Source of the DNA: Syntrophomonas sp. UBA4807
Lineage (GTDB): Bacteria; Bacillota; Syntrophomonadia; Syntrophomonadales; Syntrophomonadaceae
Assembly (NCBI GenBank): GCA_002402575.1
Contig: DHGD01000149.1
Location: forward strand, 1-52,423
Reading direction: 5' to 3'
DNA: 52,423 nt
Position numbers and translations under genes: made by a program. The notes under the pieces were generated by a model, which was not told the DNA's origin, did no database searches, and worked only from the letters and a program-made list of their open reading frames with translations. Shown here in pieces: positions 1-12,100 of the stretch (within the stretch, counting starts at the first letter, position 1; each line of letters begins with the position of its first letter).

Positions 1-22
1 TACACATCTTTACAGGAATGCT

Positions 23-1624
23 TTACTCATTGTATGTATCAGGCAGATCGTTCTCAAATAGAACCACACTGCCCTTATTAGCGATTAGGCTTAAGTGCTG
101 CAGGGCTTGGTTTAAGTTCCTGGCCACAAAATACTGATTGTTGGGGTAATAAGCCTCTTTTAAGGCTTCCTGTATAGGCTGGGTCTGCCGGGGCCCTACG
201 AGTATGATATAGTCACAGACCGCAGCTGCGGCCTGACCGAATTCATAATTAAGTTCGTATTCCCGGCTGCCCAGTTCAACCATGCCCGGGGTGATTATAA
301 TTTTTTTACCACCCTCCATTTTGGAAAGCACCTCCAGGGCCATCTTGGAGCCTACCGGATTGGAATTGAAGGCATCGTCTATAATGATATAATCTTGAAC
401 CCGTTTTACCTCCAGGCGATGCTCAACCGGTGCCAGATTGCGCACTGCCAGAGCTACCGTGGCCATATCCATGCCCAGTTCACAAGCCACCGCGGTGGAA
501 GCCAGGATATTGTAGATGTTGTGCCGCCCCAGAAGGCGGGTCCTGAAAACCCCCTGCTGCCCCTTGCGGCTGCATACCGTGAAAACCGAACCGCGGGAGT
601 CGTATTGAATGGAACCAGCCCGGTAGTCCAAATCCTCGGCATTGATGCCGTACAAGACATAGCGCACCCCCGGCACTCTGGGCAGGGAGCGGATGTTTTC
701 ATCATCACCGTTGACAAAAGCCACTCCGCCTTCTCCCAGGCTTTGAATCAGTTCAAACTTGGTAAGCTTGATGTTGTTCAGATTTTTAAAAGTCTCCAGA
801 TGCTGCTCGCCGATGGAAGTGATAATCCCCATACTGGGGTGGACTAAATCGCAGATTTCTTTAATATCGCCCTTCTTTCGGGCTCCCATCTCCACGAGGT
901 AGATCTCATCGGTGGATTTAAGCCGGGTGCGGGTGGTGAGGATGACCCCCATAGTGGTGTTGTAGCTCTCCGGAGTTGCCAGTACATTGAAACGCTCGGC
1001 TAAGATGCGGTTTAAAAAATTCTTGGTGCTGGTCTTGCCATAGCTGCCGGTGAGGCCTATAACCCTGAGCGAATTGTGATTGGCCAGGATCTGCTCTGCA
1101 TCCTGGTAGTACCAAAAATTAATGGCCTTCTCCAACGGCCAGATGATTATGGTGGCTGCCAAGACCAGAAGCCAGGTAAAGGTGCTGACCGCGTACAGTA
1201 CACCCAAAGAAGTGATATGCAGTCCGGGCGCCCAAAGGCTTCGTATCGCCCAGCAGCTCAAAGCCAGCGTCAAAACGGCAGCCAGTATCAACAGCCTTTT
1301 CAAGCGGCTGGTGTAGACAACCTTCTTTTTGGCCCCCATTTGCCGTTGCGTATTGAAATACGCCACCGCCATTATGAGATACAGTATGCCCCACACAAAG
1401 TAGGCCACCGTTGTTCTCTGCCACCATAACAAGGCAATGGCCAACAGGGGCAATAGATCCAGCCAGCCCGTCACCCGCAGCAAGTTGCCTCTCACCCAGC
1501 GCACATAGCGCCCGGCAAAGTAACCGCTCAACTGCAGGTAGTGAGCCGCTTTATTGATCTTAAGGGCGGTATACAACAGCCATGGGGCCAATACCGCTAT
1601 AACCACTGTGGTTCCGCTAGGCAT
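23..1624 (-). CDS. MurF-like Mur ligase with N-terminal polytopic membrane extension
   Basis: 533-aa ORF (track coordinates include the stop). Mur-ligase signatures in MurF order: P-loop GLTGSYGKTSTKNF, EMGARKKGDI, NGDDEN, GRHNIYN, HRLE, IIDDAFNSNPVGS. The first ~175 aa carry about five hydrophobic helices (VVIAVLAPWLLYTAL, LLPLLAIALLWW, AYFVWGILYLIMAVAYF, LLILAAVLTLALSCWAI, FTWLLVLAATIIIWPL) that canonical cytoplasmic MurF lacks. The start overlaps the upstream hydrolase gene by 8 nt. Confidence 0.8.
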   Translation of the reverse strand: MPSGTTVVIAVLAPWLLYTALKINKAAHYLQLSGYFAGRYVRWVRGNLLRVTGWLDLLPLLAIALLWWQRTTVAYFVWGILYLIMAVAYFNTQRQMGAKKKVVYTSRLKRLLILAAVLTLALSCWAIRSLWAPGLHITSLGVLYAVSTFTWLLVLAATIIIWPLEKAINFWYYQDAEQILANHNSLRVIGLTGSYGKTSTKNFLNRILAERFNVLATPESYNTTMGVILTTRTRLKSTDEIYLVEMGARKKGDIKEICDLVHPSMGIITSIGEQHLETFKNLNNIKLTKFELIQSLGEGGVAFVNGDDENIRSLPRVPGVRYVLYGINAEDLDYRAGSIQYDSRGSVFTVCSRKGQQGVFRTRLLGRHNIYNILASTAVACELGMDMATVALAVRNLAPVEHRLEVKRVQDYIIIDDAFNSNPVGSKMALEVLSKMEGGKKIIITPGMVELGSREYELNYEFGQAAAAVCDYIILVGPRQTQPIQEALKEAYYPNNQYFVARNLNQALQHLSLIANKGSVVLFENDLPDTYNE

Positions 1625-2396
1625 CTTTGATCTCCATATCTTCCTCTAAAAACTGTGTGGTGATATGCAAAAAATCTGAGAGACGATCCAAATAAGAGTA
1701 ATGGCCGGCATTGTCCAAAACCACCAATCCGGCGTCAGGAATCAATTGCTCCATCAAACGTCCGTCTGAAACCGGAGTGGCGGTGTCGTCAGCGCCCCAC
1801 ATCAACAGGGTGGGTACCTTTATCAGCGCCAGCATCGGGGTAAGATCCTCATTTATAACCTTCACCAGAGTTTCCCGCATCACCCCGCGGGCATTGCGGT
1901 AATCCTCGGAGCCGGAGTGATTTTTTAATTCCTCCAGGCGGCGGCGGAAAATCTGTCTCAAGCCGGGAAGTTGCATAATTTGACGTGCCGTCTTAAATGA
2001 ATACACCTTAATATAGTACCTGGCATCTCTTTTGGGGACGATGCCGGAACTATCCACCAGAATCAGCTTATGTATGGGAACCTGCTGAGCGGCCAAACAG
2101 ATAGATACCTTGCCGCCGAAGGAATGGCCCATTAAAATGGGGCGCTCCATTCCCTGGCTAAGCAGGAATCCATTCACTACCGCGGCATAGTCGGACACGC
2201 CCCACTGGCGGGGCGGAGGATCGCTAAGTCCGAACCCTGGCAGATCAACTGAGAAGGTGTGAAAGCAGCTTTCAAAATGCTTGTGAATAGGGTTCATCAA
2301 CGACAGGTCAGCGCCCCATCCGTGGAGCAGAACCAGATCCCGGCCATGTCCGGAAACCTTGAAATGGATCTTTTGCCCTTCTATCTCAACAACCAA
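1617..2396 (-). CDS. alpha/beta-fold hydrolase
   Basis: 259-aa ORF with the HGWG oxyanion motif, GHSFGG nucleophile elbow (GxSxG) and a C-terminal NAGHYS histidine. TTG start with an AAGGAG RBS about 9 nt upstream. 8-nt overlap with the downstream Mur-ligase gene implies an operon. Confidence 0.85.
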   Translation of the reverse strand: MVVEIEGQKIHFKVSGHGRDLVLLHGWGADLSLMNPIHKHFESCFHTFSVDLPGFGLSDPPPRQWGVSDYAAVVNGFLLSQGMERPILMGHSFGGKVSICLAAQQVPIHKLILVDSSGIVPKRDARYYIKVYSFKTARQIMQLPGLRQIFRRRLEELKNHSGSEDYRNARGVMRETLVKVINEDLTPMLALIKVPTLLMWGADDTATPVSDGRLMEQLIPDAGLVVLDNAGHYSYLDRLSDFLHITTQFLEEDMEIKDA

Positions 2397-2767
2397 TCAA
2401 ATAACTCCTTAAAAACATCAAAGCGCTAAACTTGCTCTGATAAAACATTATACAATTTTGATAATAACTATGTGCAAAAATGTATTATCTGTTACGGAAT
2501 AGGTTTGTCATCCGCAATACTGATGTTAGCTTAATTTCCCCTAAAAAGCGGTTTGGCAACCCATCCGTACTTATTCTGCACATATTATACTCTTTTTTAC
2601 GATATTATTGGGCTTATTTCCATCAAATTGAGGACATACCCTCTTGCAACTGAGCGCAAAGTCTCAATTAAAAGACTTCACGGGGCTTTAAGTTTATGTA
2701 CTTTCTTGACATATATTGCCTGTATTAGAGTAAACGCCCGGCGGATGAATATCATTGGCCGAAGGTC

Positions 2768-2803
2768 AGAAAAATAACAACGGGAATCCTCTTAAGGAAT
2801 CCC
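2768..2803 (-). terminator. putative intrinsic terminator after tRNA-Trp
   Basis: Minus strand reads GGGATTCC-ttaaga-GGATTCCC (8-bp stem with one central mismatch) followed by GTTGTTATTTTTCTG. Confidence 0.45.
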
Positions 2804-2817
2804 GCTATTTGTCATAC

Positions 2818-2893
2818 TGGCAGGGGAGAGAGGTCTCGAACCCCCAGCCCTCGGTTTTGGAGACCGATGCTCTGCCAATTGAGCTACTCCCCT
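2818..2893 (-). tRNA. trnW: tRNA-Trp (anticodon CCA), CCA-3' encoded
   Basis: The reverse complement folds as a 76-nt cloverleaf: AGGGGAG/TA/GCTC-AATTGGCA-GAGC/A/TCGGT-CTCCAAA-ACCGA/GGGCT/GGGGG-TTCGAGA-CCTCT/CTCCCCT/G/CCA. The anticodon loop CUCCAAA gives CCA. The overall sequence resembles Bacillus-type tRNA-Trp. Confidence 0.9.
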
Positions 2894-2911
2894 GCGTTTG
2901 TCGCAAGACAT

Positions 2912-2940
2912 ATTCTAGCACAAGTTCCGGTCCGGTTCAA
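2912..2940 (-). promoter_or_regulatory. sigma-A-type promoter for tRNA-Trp
   Basis: Minus strand: TTGAAC (2940-2935), 17-nt spacer, TAGAAT (2917-2912), with TG two nt upstream of the -10. It ends about 19 nt upstream of the tRNA 5' end. Confidence 0.45.
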
Positions 2941-3057
2941 GGACAATTGCTGGTTCGTGTTGTTCGTACCCGGTTATATTAAAGCCGATTGCCGTTTTTC
3001 TCAGAATTATTCATCTTTCGCCAAGCTGTTGATGCACAATATTATGCCGTTCTAAAC

Positions 3058-3089
3058 CCAATAGAAAAACATCCCGCCATCGGCGGGAT
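3058..3089 (-). terminator. intrinsic terminator of the giant ORF
   Basis: Minus strand ATCCCGCC-gat-GGCGGGAT hairpin followed by GTTTTTCTATT, about 95 nt downstream of the stop at 3184. Confidence 0.6.
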
Positions 3090-3183
3090 ATCGAGAAGTG
3101 TAGACTATTCTACCCTGATATCATTTTTTCCCTGATCTTTTGGATTAGATAAAAGTTGTCACAAATTCTTCACATGCTCCATG

Positions 3184-6100
3184 CTAATTATTAAGCCCCA
3201 GCAGATCATCGTCTACCACCAGCATACCACCGTAGATCTCCAAATAGCGATGTATTATGGCTGCTATCTCAGCCCTGGTGGCAGGGGCGGTGGGATCTAT
3301 GTAACTATTGTCTTTGCCCTGGATCAATCCCTGCCCTACAGCCCATCTCATGGCACCCAGGGCATAATCAGACACCTTGGCGGCATCCCTGAAGCTCTTC
3401 AGTTCTCCCCTGGCTCTGACATCTTTACCTTTGCCAGCAGTGTAACGGTAAAGAACAGCAGTTATCTGCTCGCGGGTGATGGGGTCGTTGGGGCCGAAAC
3501 GGCTGTTTCCATACCCGTCAATGATACCATTGGCTTCAGCCCAGGTGATGGCATCGGTGTACCACAGGCTGCCTTCAACATCACTGAAGCTGGTGTAACC
3601 CGCAACTGTTGGACGACCTTCGAGGCGGTAAAGTATCGTAGTCAGCATAGCTCTGGTGGTTGTGCCTTTAGGATCGAAAAGGTCTTCGGCGATGCCTTCC
3701 ATAATATTCATAGCATATACATATGCTATGGCGGCGAAATACCAGTCAGCCGTTCCAACGTCCTTAAATTGGCCCTGGGCCATTGGTACAATCTGTCCGT
3801 CAACCAGGGTGTACTGCCCGCTGTGGGCGATTATCCTGTATTTGCCGCCGAGTACCGCGTAGGCTGCCAGGGTGTTGGTTTCAAAGCTCACCACACCACC
3901 TTTAGCCATAACCTCAAATGAGCTTAGTTTGCCATCCTTGCAGCTTAAGACCGTCAACAACTGACCCTCGTATTCGGCTCCCACCGGAATACTAACTGTT
4001 ACACTGCCTTTAAATGCTCGGGTCAAGGATATGTCGTAGTTGACCAGGGCTTTGCCTGAAGTCACCAGTTCCCGAATGAACTTGCAGACCCGGCAAGTTT
4101 CTTCTTGATGTTCGGTAGCTTCGGTGACAACCAGCCTTGCGGTAGTTGAAATCCCCTTTCCGGTAACAGTCACTCCCGTCTGGGGATCGATCAGGGTAAC
4201 AGGGGGTTTAATGCCACCGCCGCCTCCGCCGCCGCCTTCCTTGAACCAGTTGGTCAAATACACGGATCCATAGGTCGACGCTGCGGTAACCTTATTTCCG
4301 GGCACCCATACATCTAAGGGGTTATCCACTGATTCACCAGCATTGCCGAAAGCATTGATATTCAGTTCGCTGGCATTAATGCTTCTGGCGCTGCCGCTGT
4401 CTATAACGCTGCCTGCGGCCACAAGATCGGTTCTGCCCGTGGTATTAATGCGGTTGATGGTGAGTTGTTCGGAATTGTTCATCAGCCACAGTTCCGGAGC
4501 GCTAACGGTGAGTTGATCAACCGCGCTGGCCAGGCGGTTGTCTGCCGAGCCAATGCTTCCATCGGCCTCCAGAGTCAACTGCCCGGCGATGATATTGCTG
4601 ACATTGCCTCCTCCTGCGGCAGCACCTGAGGTGATGCTCCCTGCCACATCCAGGTCTACATTATTACCCATTACGGTGTCTACTGTGAGAGCTTTTTGAT
4701 TGCTGATATAGACGTTGTCCCCGATGGCAGTAATCTGGTTTACATTGGTAAGCAGCGGATCTGTCGATGCCCCGACATCTCCCAGGAGGCTGTTCAGGCC
4801 GGCATTATCAGCTGTTATATCGGTCCCGGAATAACCTGTCATGCCCCTGATGTCTCCCAATGAATCAATGTGAACATCTCCGTTAACAATGACCGGGGCC
4901 AGGAAGAGATCTCCGCCGCTTTCGATATAAAGTCCGTACAGAGTAGTACCCTGACCGGTCGTTATTCTCAAAGTGCCTGCAGTGGTCAGTCCCAATGCGT
5001 TGTCCTCTGAACCGATAGTGCCAGCACTGAGGAGGTTCAGGGTCAGGTTGCCTGAGGTGTTAATGCCTGAAGCCAGTGCATCGGCCATCATTTCTATAGC
5101 CTGGCCCTCCAGGAACACAGCGGCTGCTTCTAAACTGCTGGCCTGTCCGGTTTTGGCATCTACCAGGTCGATTTGGGCCTGGGCCAATTGAAGGTCAATT
5201 TCGTTCACTATCCCCTGAGCATCATGGCGACTCAGTGTCAACAGAGGAATGGTCACAGTTTCCATTTCCATGTTCTGCTCCTGCAGAACTCCCAGCTCAG
5301 CATTCTTGAGGTTGAGCTGTACCTGCTTGGAATTTACAACGGCTTGGGCAGTAGATACATCATCCTGCAAAGCAGCGATGATAAGATCTTGAGCTGCAAT
5401 CTGATCCGGATCGGTGAGCGTATCGCGGAAAAGGATGGCATTGGCCAGTGCAGTCTGGGCATGAGCCAAATCCTCATCGAGCCCTGCTTTTTCATCCTGG
5501 AGGTCAAACAGTGCAGCCTGGACAGCATTTATGTTGGCCTTGATATTAAGCAGGTTCTGCTCAGCCGCGGCCAATTCTTGGATGGCGTCCTCTAAGGCTC
5601 GTTGAGCTGCGGGTCGGCCTAATATTCCGGGCAATAGGTCAGTCACATAATGCTGCAGTATCAGAGCCTGGGCTGCAGCCAGATCAGCTGCACTGCGGGC
5701 CTGAGCTGCCGATATTTTAGCTCCTACTGCAGCCGCAATCGTATCGGCAGTGCTGGTTTCAGTTATAGACCCGCTTCCAGCGGAAAGTGTGACATCGCCG
5801 CCGCCGCTTGAAGTTATGGTACCAACCTCGATGCCTCCTGCTGCGGCAATATTTATGGTGCCGTTGCCGCTGGCATTGATGACGTCTATGATTAGATCTC
5901 CAATCAACTCGTTGATATTTATGGCTCCACCTGCGGCGCTGGCCGAGAGTTTGCCGCCCTCTGCAGCATCGCTGTCTATGGTGAGCGGAACCTGGTCGGT
6001 GCCAATTCCGCCATCCTGCGCTATGAAGGAAATGTTGGCGGCCCATACATTAGCGTCATGCCCCAGTCTGTCGCCGGCAGCTATGCCTGCAACCGAAGTT

Positions 6101-9100
6101 ATTACTGACTTGCCAGCTGCGCTGACAAATCCGATCAGGAGATCTCCAATTGTATTGGACAAATCTAGATCGCCTGCAGCATTTGCATTTACCTGCCCAG
6201 AAACACTGTCTGCGATCAGTGTCAGGCTGTCGCTGTTATTGATATTGATGTCTCCGTTGGTGATGATATGAACCGTACCGTTGATATCAGTATCAATGTA
6301 ATCTTGATTGGTTCCTGCCGTACCGGCTAGGGCTGTGATGGTCCCCCCTGTGGCTGCAGTGATATTTGGGGCGTGTTCATCCTCAGCGCGCACGTCGTAT
6401 ATAGAGCCGGGGGTTGTCAGGGTCACACTGCCAGAGCTGGAGTTGATGACATTTACCCCCATGTCCCCGGTCAGTTCGGTTATCTCGATATCGCCCGGGG
6501 CAGCGGCTGTAATCTTGGCGGCAGATTCGATATCCAAATCACGAACCGTGGTGTAATCAATGGCGAAATGCATCTCCACTTGACCAGTTTCCGCATTGCG
6601 GGCCAGAATCCAGGTGCTGTTGCCGGTTTGACCGTAATCCTGATTGCTCTTGTTCTCGTCGGTTATATTGGCGATAGTGGTGGGCGGCCAGGACTTCTCA
6701 TCCACATTTAGACCCGTGATGCCGCCGCTGGTCGCGGTCAATTCGATATCCTCGCCATAGATATTGGTTTTGCCGTTAACCCCGGCGATGTCGGGGCTGG
6801 TTATGGCTACATCACCGTATGTGGAGACAATCTCAGCAGCCGTAAAGGTACCGTCTTGCTGAGTAACAATGATGTCGCCCATATTCTCCATGCTGCTGTC
6901 CCCGGTTGATTTTCCTATATTCACCATCAGTACCCTTATTTTTTCGGCATCGTTTTCAGGTACAGGATAATCGGCCAGAGCCCAGGCAGCTTCGATAAGA
7001 TTCAGTTTCTGATCCTCGGTCAGAGATTCCCAGTAGGCTTTAAACAGGTTGCTATCAGCGATGCGGCTTTCAATTACATAAACCGGTATCTGGATGGGAT
7101 TGCCAAATTCATCCACTCCATTGCTGAAGAGCGGGTTGCCAATCTCGTCCACTGCCTGCAGGTAAACTGGATTCCCGCTGCCGTCCACACCTGTAACCAC
7201 CGGTTGCTGAGCATCCAGGGCACCAGCCAATAAAGCTGCCATAGCCGCTTCGGTCTCGCTCAGACCCAGATCCAGCAGGTATCTGAGTTCATCGTCAGAT
7301 AGTCCGCTGTCAGCGTTCAGTATAGCATTGATGCTGGCCCTGTAACTGGCTATGACCTCACCGCGATACTGCTGCACAACCCCGCTATAGTAGGTCTGAT
7401 AAGCCGACTGTATCTGGGTGACGGTTGCCTTGACCGAGAGTCCCAGCTGTTGGCGCAGTTCGACCAGAATGTCATTCTTAGTGGCCGTCTCCGGCAATCC
7501 CAGTTTCACGGCCAGACTGACCAGCTGTACCGGATCATTTCCGTTTAACACGGTCAGGTCGAGCTGCGGCTCTGGATCAGCTACCCCGAGACCCAAATTA
7601 TCGACCAGGCTGGCCAGTTCGGCAGCATCCATGGCATTCAATGACATCACCACAGATTCTACAGCCGCCTCATCAATTCCCAGCAGCGATCTTATTTCGT
7701 CCCCGGTTAAGATGCCGCTGATCAGGGCTAAGAGTTCATCCTCTGTCAGGGTGCCGTTGCTCAACTGGGCGGCGATTTCTGACGCGCTCTGGGCCGGCAT
7801 GACCACGTTGACAATCTGGTCATCAATTAGCATGGAATTGGTAGCTTCATCGTGATTGGCGGTATTGCCGTTTTCATCTCGTCCATAGGTAGGCAGGGTG
7901 TTGTCATCGGGATCAATGCCGGTATCCTGGGCAAGGAAAAGGTTGACCACGTTCTTGATAATGAAGGGTTGGGCCTCTCCATCTCCGTCCAGTAAGATAT
8001 TGATTTTAAAGGGCAGAGTTGCAGTGCCGATATCCCCACCTATATCCACCCAGGTGTCGCCTTCCCCGGCAGTAGAATTTGGGCCGATGGTGATAATGGA
8101 ACCCTCATCCTGCATTAACAGGCTGCCATTAGAGGCCGTAATCTGCAGGGTGCCATCTGAAACGGCCTGATCCACGGTGACATCTCCGACCCCAGAGCTG
8201 ACTGCCACGTTTCCGGTGGAGTTGATATTCACCTCATTCATATCGACATTGCCAGACATAGTGGCGGCAGTCAAGTCACCGCTCACCGCCACATCCTCCA
8301 TGCTTATATTGCCAACCCCCACCGTCAGGTTGATTTCTCCGCCCTGATTGATGCCTACATTGTTCATGAGGGCATTGCCTGCGGCCACAGTCAGATCCAA
8401 GAATCCGCCCCAAGCCATTTCGGTATCGTGGAGATTGACATTATCTCCCGCTCCTGACGCCACCACGTTGGCGCTGGCATCATAAGCCCCTCCGGCAGAA
8501 GTCTTGATAAGTCTGAGGTTAACCGTATCAGATAGATTGGGCGCAATCACCAGAGGGTTATCTGAACTGAAAATATTGCCGCTGTCTTCGGCCACAATTA
8601 CCACATTGTCGGATATAACATTAATATTGGATGCGTCGCCGTTATCAGTCAGAGTGGTATTAGCGCCAGCAAAGCGGAGATTGACATTATCTGCGGTAAT
8701 GCTGTTGACTCTCACCTGTGAGTCGCTGTCAAAGCTCTCCAAAGTCCGGTTGACCGGTCTGGGAATAAAGCCGGTGTTTCCTTCCGAATCGATCCAGGTA
8801 TTGTCTTCGAACAGGAAGGCGATTCTTCCATCGGTGAGTTCGAGTATGGTGAGCAGCAGCCCTCCTTGAGGGTTGTAAATGTTCATCATCGCGGCCCCGT
8901 CAAAGTCGGCATCTGCCTCTCCGGACGATTCATACAGGATATCCAGTATCTCTTTGTCCAACAGGACCAGGTCACCGAGAGCATTGAAGCCGAAATAATC
9001 AGCATCGGCATAGAAACTGTTCATAGTCACTGCCATTGCTGCAGCTTCCAGGAAGGAAATATCATCTTGGCCTGGGGTTGCCATATACAGACCAGTCATC

Positions 9101-12100
9101 ACCTCGTGCAGCATAAGCTGACTGCCTGGTGCTAAGTAGGCGATCAGATCCAGGGTTGCACCGCTGCTTTCGCCCCGGTAGGCAGTGTAGATCTCCTGGT
9201 CATCAGGAATACCAGCAGTATATGAGGTACCCTGTTGGTAGAGGTAGAACTCACCCTGAGGAGTGAACAGAGCGGTCACTGCCTGGTTCTCCTCCAGATA
9301 GAGCACGGTGCCGGCGGGGAATGTGCCATCATCTTCCAAGAGCACCCGTTTATCCTTGGCTATCACCCCGTAGCCGTTTTGATCTACCGGTATGCTGAAA
9401 CTGCAGGGGTCTGTGTATGTAACTGTGAAGCCGTCCTCTACCGGCCTGACGATAGTCAGACCCTCAATATCCCGATAGATGGGGGTTACCTGATAGAGCC
9501 AGCTCATACCAGAATATGATTCCGCTTCGGAGGCGGTGAATTCACCCTCCAAATATCGGCCGGTCATAATATTAAACACACTGTACAGAATATCTCCAGA
9601 AGCATTGGTCTTGGGCTGGCGGAGGTAGTATACCGGTATGCTGTCGGTGTCATAGTAATAGCCTTCATACCAGGTTTCATTGACCGTTCTGTAAGAGGTT
9701 GCCGCCACCAACGAGTTGGAGTAGTAGTAACCAGCCAGATCGAGTCGGGTGTCTATTTCGTCATATACCGCATCTCCCGGGCCGCTGCTCATGAAATACT
9801 TGATCTGATTATCATCAGGATCCCGATATTGATACTGCAGTTTCGAGTAAACCAATCTGCCGTAAGAATCCGTCCTTTGCGTCATATGCTGCGAGAAGGA
9901 AATTGTCTCCGCGCTAATGTCCCCGCTGATGGCATTGCCTTCGACTGCTACCGGGTATACATGGCCGTCGGTGGTAACCACTACTGCTCTGTCAACCAGA
10001 TATAGAATTCCTGAATTGGCATCAGTAGTAGTTGCATTATCTACAAACAGATATCCCCCATTGACCACATGGTAGCCCCCGTTTAGCGATGACGCGAGGA
10101 TGTTTCCGTATTGGTCTTTGGTAATGGTACTCTGTCCAGATCCTGTCTGGTCGAGTTCAAAGACTGTGATGGTGCTTTCTTCTGCGCTGAGCACGAAATA
10201 CCTGCCCAGGAGTTCTTCGTACAATTTCTTTTCATTGCCGGTATATGTTGCTGGTTTTACAACATAGGCCTGATAGTCCTGGTTGTATAGCAAATCATAG
10301 TAGTAAGCCCCATTTTTAACTGTCAAGCCAACCACTGCGCCATCCTGTTTAATTATGTAGATTGTACCGGAGCGGCTGCCCAGAACTCCGGCGCCAAACT
10401 CTGAACCAAGGGCTGCCTCAGCAGATTTGCTGCCAGCGGTTGATTCAGTGGTATAACTGAGCGCTTCTCCGGTGAGGGTGGTTTGATATTCGCTGCCCAC
10501 AACATCTATGATTTTGTAAACCAGGGCAGTTTCGGGGGTTTCGCCTGCGGGTACATCCTCTGTCAGGTTAATATCGATCATAACATCGTCGATTATAGTT
10601 CTTGTTTCTGTGGTCTGTTCTTCACCTTCACCAATAGTGACGGTTATGTCCTTGGTGGTAAAGCGTACTTGCACCGTGAACTTCCAGTTGTTAGTGAGCT
10701 TGCTCTGCAGGTTGGCTTCTACCTCTGCCGCCACTAACTCCGGAATGCTCGCCGCGGAGAAAGAGCTGGAGCTGTAGCTATTGAGAACATTGGTCGCTTC
10801 ATCTTTGGCCTGTTTGAGCGACATATCCCTGCCCAAATTAACTACGGCGGCATTGTTAAGTTCATCCCGGGTATAAATATAGCCTTGTACAAAAGTGGAT
10901 TCACCATCGACCACCTGGAATTCAACCACATGATAGAAGGATCGCTCGCTGTACAAGGGCTCAAGCACATACAAGAAGTTGCTGCCCTTCATCCCCAGGA
11001 AGACGGGTTGGACTTCAGTCCCGTCCTTTAGGAAAGCGTTTTTGTAATAGACTCGAGTGCCGTCCGGCAATGACCACCCAAGTTCACTGGCCTCAGTCTC
11101 CACATAGATGGTTACACCGCCATTAGCCAGGTTCTGTGCGCTTATTTCGATGTTGACGCCAGTTAGATGGCCGTTGCTGTCATAACTATAAACAACATTG
11201 AATTTCTCCTGCTTGAACTGTATGGTGTCCTGGCTCTCTCCATCAATGAAGCTGATGGCGTCGAGGTCATAAACCCTGTTGTCAAAGGTAATAACATTGA
11301 CAATTCTGCCGCTGGTTCGATCAACCGCCAGTATATCTCCGCTGGGCAGGTAGTAGTGGGCAATCTGGGTCTCACCAGAATCACCACTCATCCCTGAATC
11401 ACCCACATAGTAATGGGCGCCGCGTATGGTGAGGCCCTGATTGGTCTTTATCATACCGTTGGGCAGGAGTGTGTATGAAGTCTCAGTGCCCAGGGTATCA
11501 TTGATAACCAGTTCATCTTGCGAACCGTCCAACCGCACCAGGGTGTCCCTGCGACCCGGCTGGGATACGTCGATGGATTCGTTCAGATTGGCATTGCCTT
11601 GATACACTAGTTCATGGGGGGCTTTTATCAACAGATCTGCGATTCCCCCGGCCTCAATCCTGTCCAGAGTCAATATCGGGCTGACGGTGCGCTGGGTAGA
11701 CTCCAGATTGACTATCACATGGGTGAAAGCCGCATAGATGTCTTTCAGGGCCTGCAGGGCGATATATGTCGGCCGGGCCGGCATGGTCTTGATAATGCCG
11801 GTAGTACCGGGTATTTCAGGGATATCCAGTATGTACGCATTAAAACCATTGGCTGCATTTCCTATATTTCCGGCATTCTCTACTATAAGCCGGTTGGCCC
11901 AGACAGCGGCCGGTTTGCCCTGGCCTTCATTAGCGGCAGTATTCACATCGCCCCCGGCCATTATTAGGTTTACATTGCCGTCGCCAACATCGACACTCCT
12001 GCTGAAGGTGAGGTCGGAATCCTGGTGGGATACTACGGTTAGGTGGGGTATTTCGGTATCCAATACAAAGCTGACCCCATTTCCCATATTGAGGGTGGGA

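Noticed and set aside
2706-2735. Plus-strand TTGACA-17-TAGAGT promoter-like sequence
   Set aside because: Nothing is encoded downstream on the plus strand except antisense tRNA. It is probably fortuitous in AT-rich intergenic DNA.
2553-3055. Three 62-75-aa plus-strand ORFs around the tRNA
   Set aside because: They overlap the tRNA-Trp gene and its promoter and terminator on the opposite strand, and they show no coding signal.
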